NCBI GenBank assembly: GCA_964540365.1
Contig: CAZIMD010000006.1
Location: 1 to 30,649, forward strand
Direction: 5' to 3'
Length of the DNA stretch: 30,649 nt
DNA from: an uncultured Gammaproteobacteria bacterium
GTDB taxonomy: Bacteria; Patescibacteriota; Patescibacteriia; 2-12-FULL-60-25
In this document: positions 30,641 through 30,649 of the stretch, one piece after another
Position numbering within the stretch: position 1 is the stretch's first letter
Layout of the letters: every line of letters starts with the position of its first letter
Translations under genes and position numbers: made by a program
Notes under the pieces: generated by a model
What the model saw: the letters and a program-made list of their open reading frames with translations, nothing else
Databases searched by the model: none
What the model was told of the DNA's origin: nothing

Positions 30641-30649
30641 GCCCCTGCC
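30641..30649 (+). repeat. Third att-like copy of the tRNA 3' end, truncated by the window edge
   Basis: GCCCCTGCC is identical to tRNA 21960-21968. The minus-strand reading (W)QGLVMNVRT parallels WQAIVDDFGT at attR. Confidence 0.5.

Noticed and set aside
1-30649. CRISPR array, rRNA, IS transposase, conjugation or phage structural genes
   Set aside because: No regularly spaced repeats and no recognisable motifs for these classes were seen by eye.

Overview
The window has two parts. Positions 1-21970 are GC-rich chromosome, inferred to come from a Patescibacteria/CPR-like bacterium: a GT-C glycosyltransferase, a secreted repeat protein, a MEMO/LigB-family gene, a degenerate priA with def and fmt, a surface-glycan operon (flippase, GT4, GT2 fused to an O-antigen-ligase-like domain), a UbiA prenyltransferase, murB, several orphans, a divergent four-gene cassette (kinase-like + GT / 2OG-dioxygenase + GT), and tRNA-Trp(CCA). 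Most transcription-unit starts look leaderless. From the tRNA 3' end the sequence becomes visibly AT-richer. An 8.14 kb integrative element lies between two copies of CCTGCCACG (21963-21971 and 30103-30111). It encodes a large serine recombinase (LSR), a Type IIG-like R-M fusion, an excisionase-like HTH, a Rep_trans-like initiator, an ImmA/IrrE + XRE pair and a TOPRIM nuclease. The main observation is that the att core lies inside the LSR gene, in frame at the codons Trp-Gln. The integrated enzyme ends in an 8-aa tail read from the tRNA antisense strand, while the excised circle would give a 39-aa tail ending -AA, stored at the far end of the element. A third att-like copy at the window edge encloses a one-gene cassette of about 540 bp.
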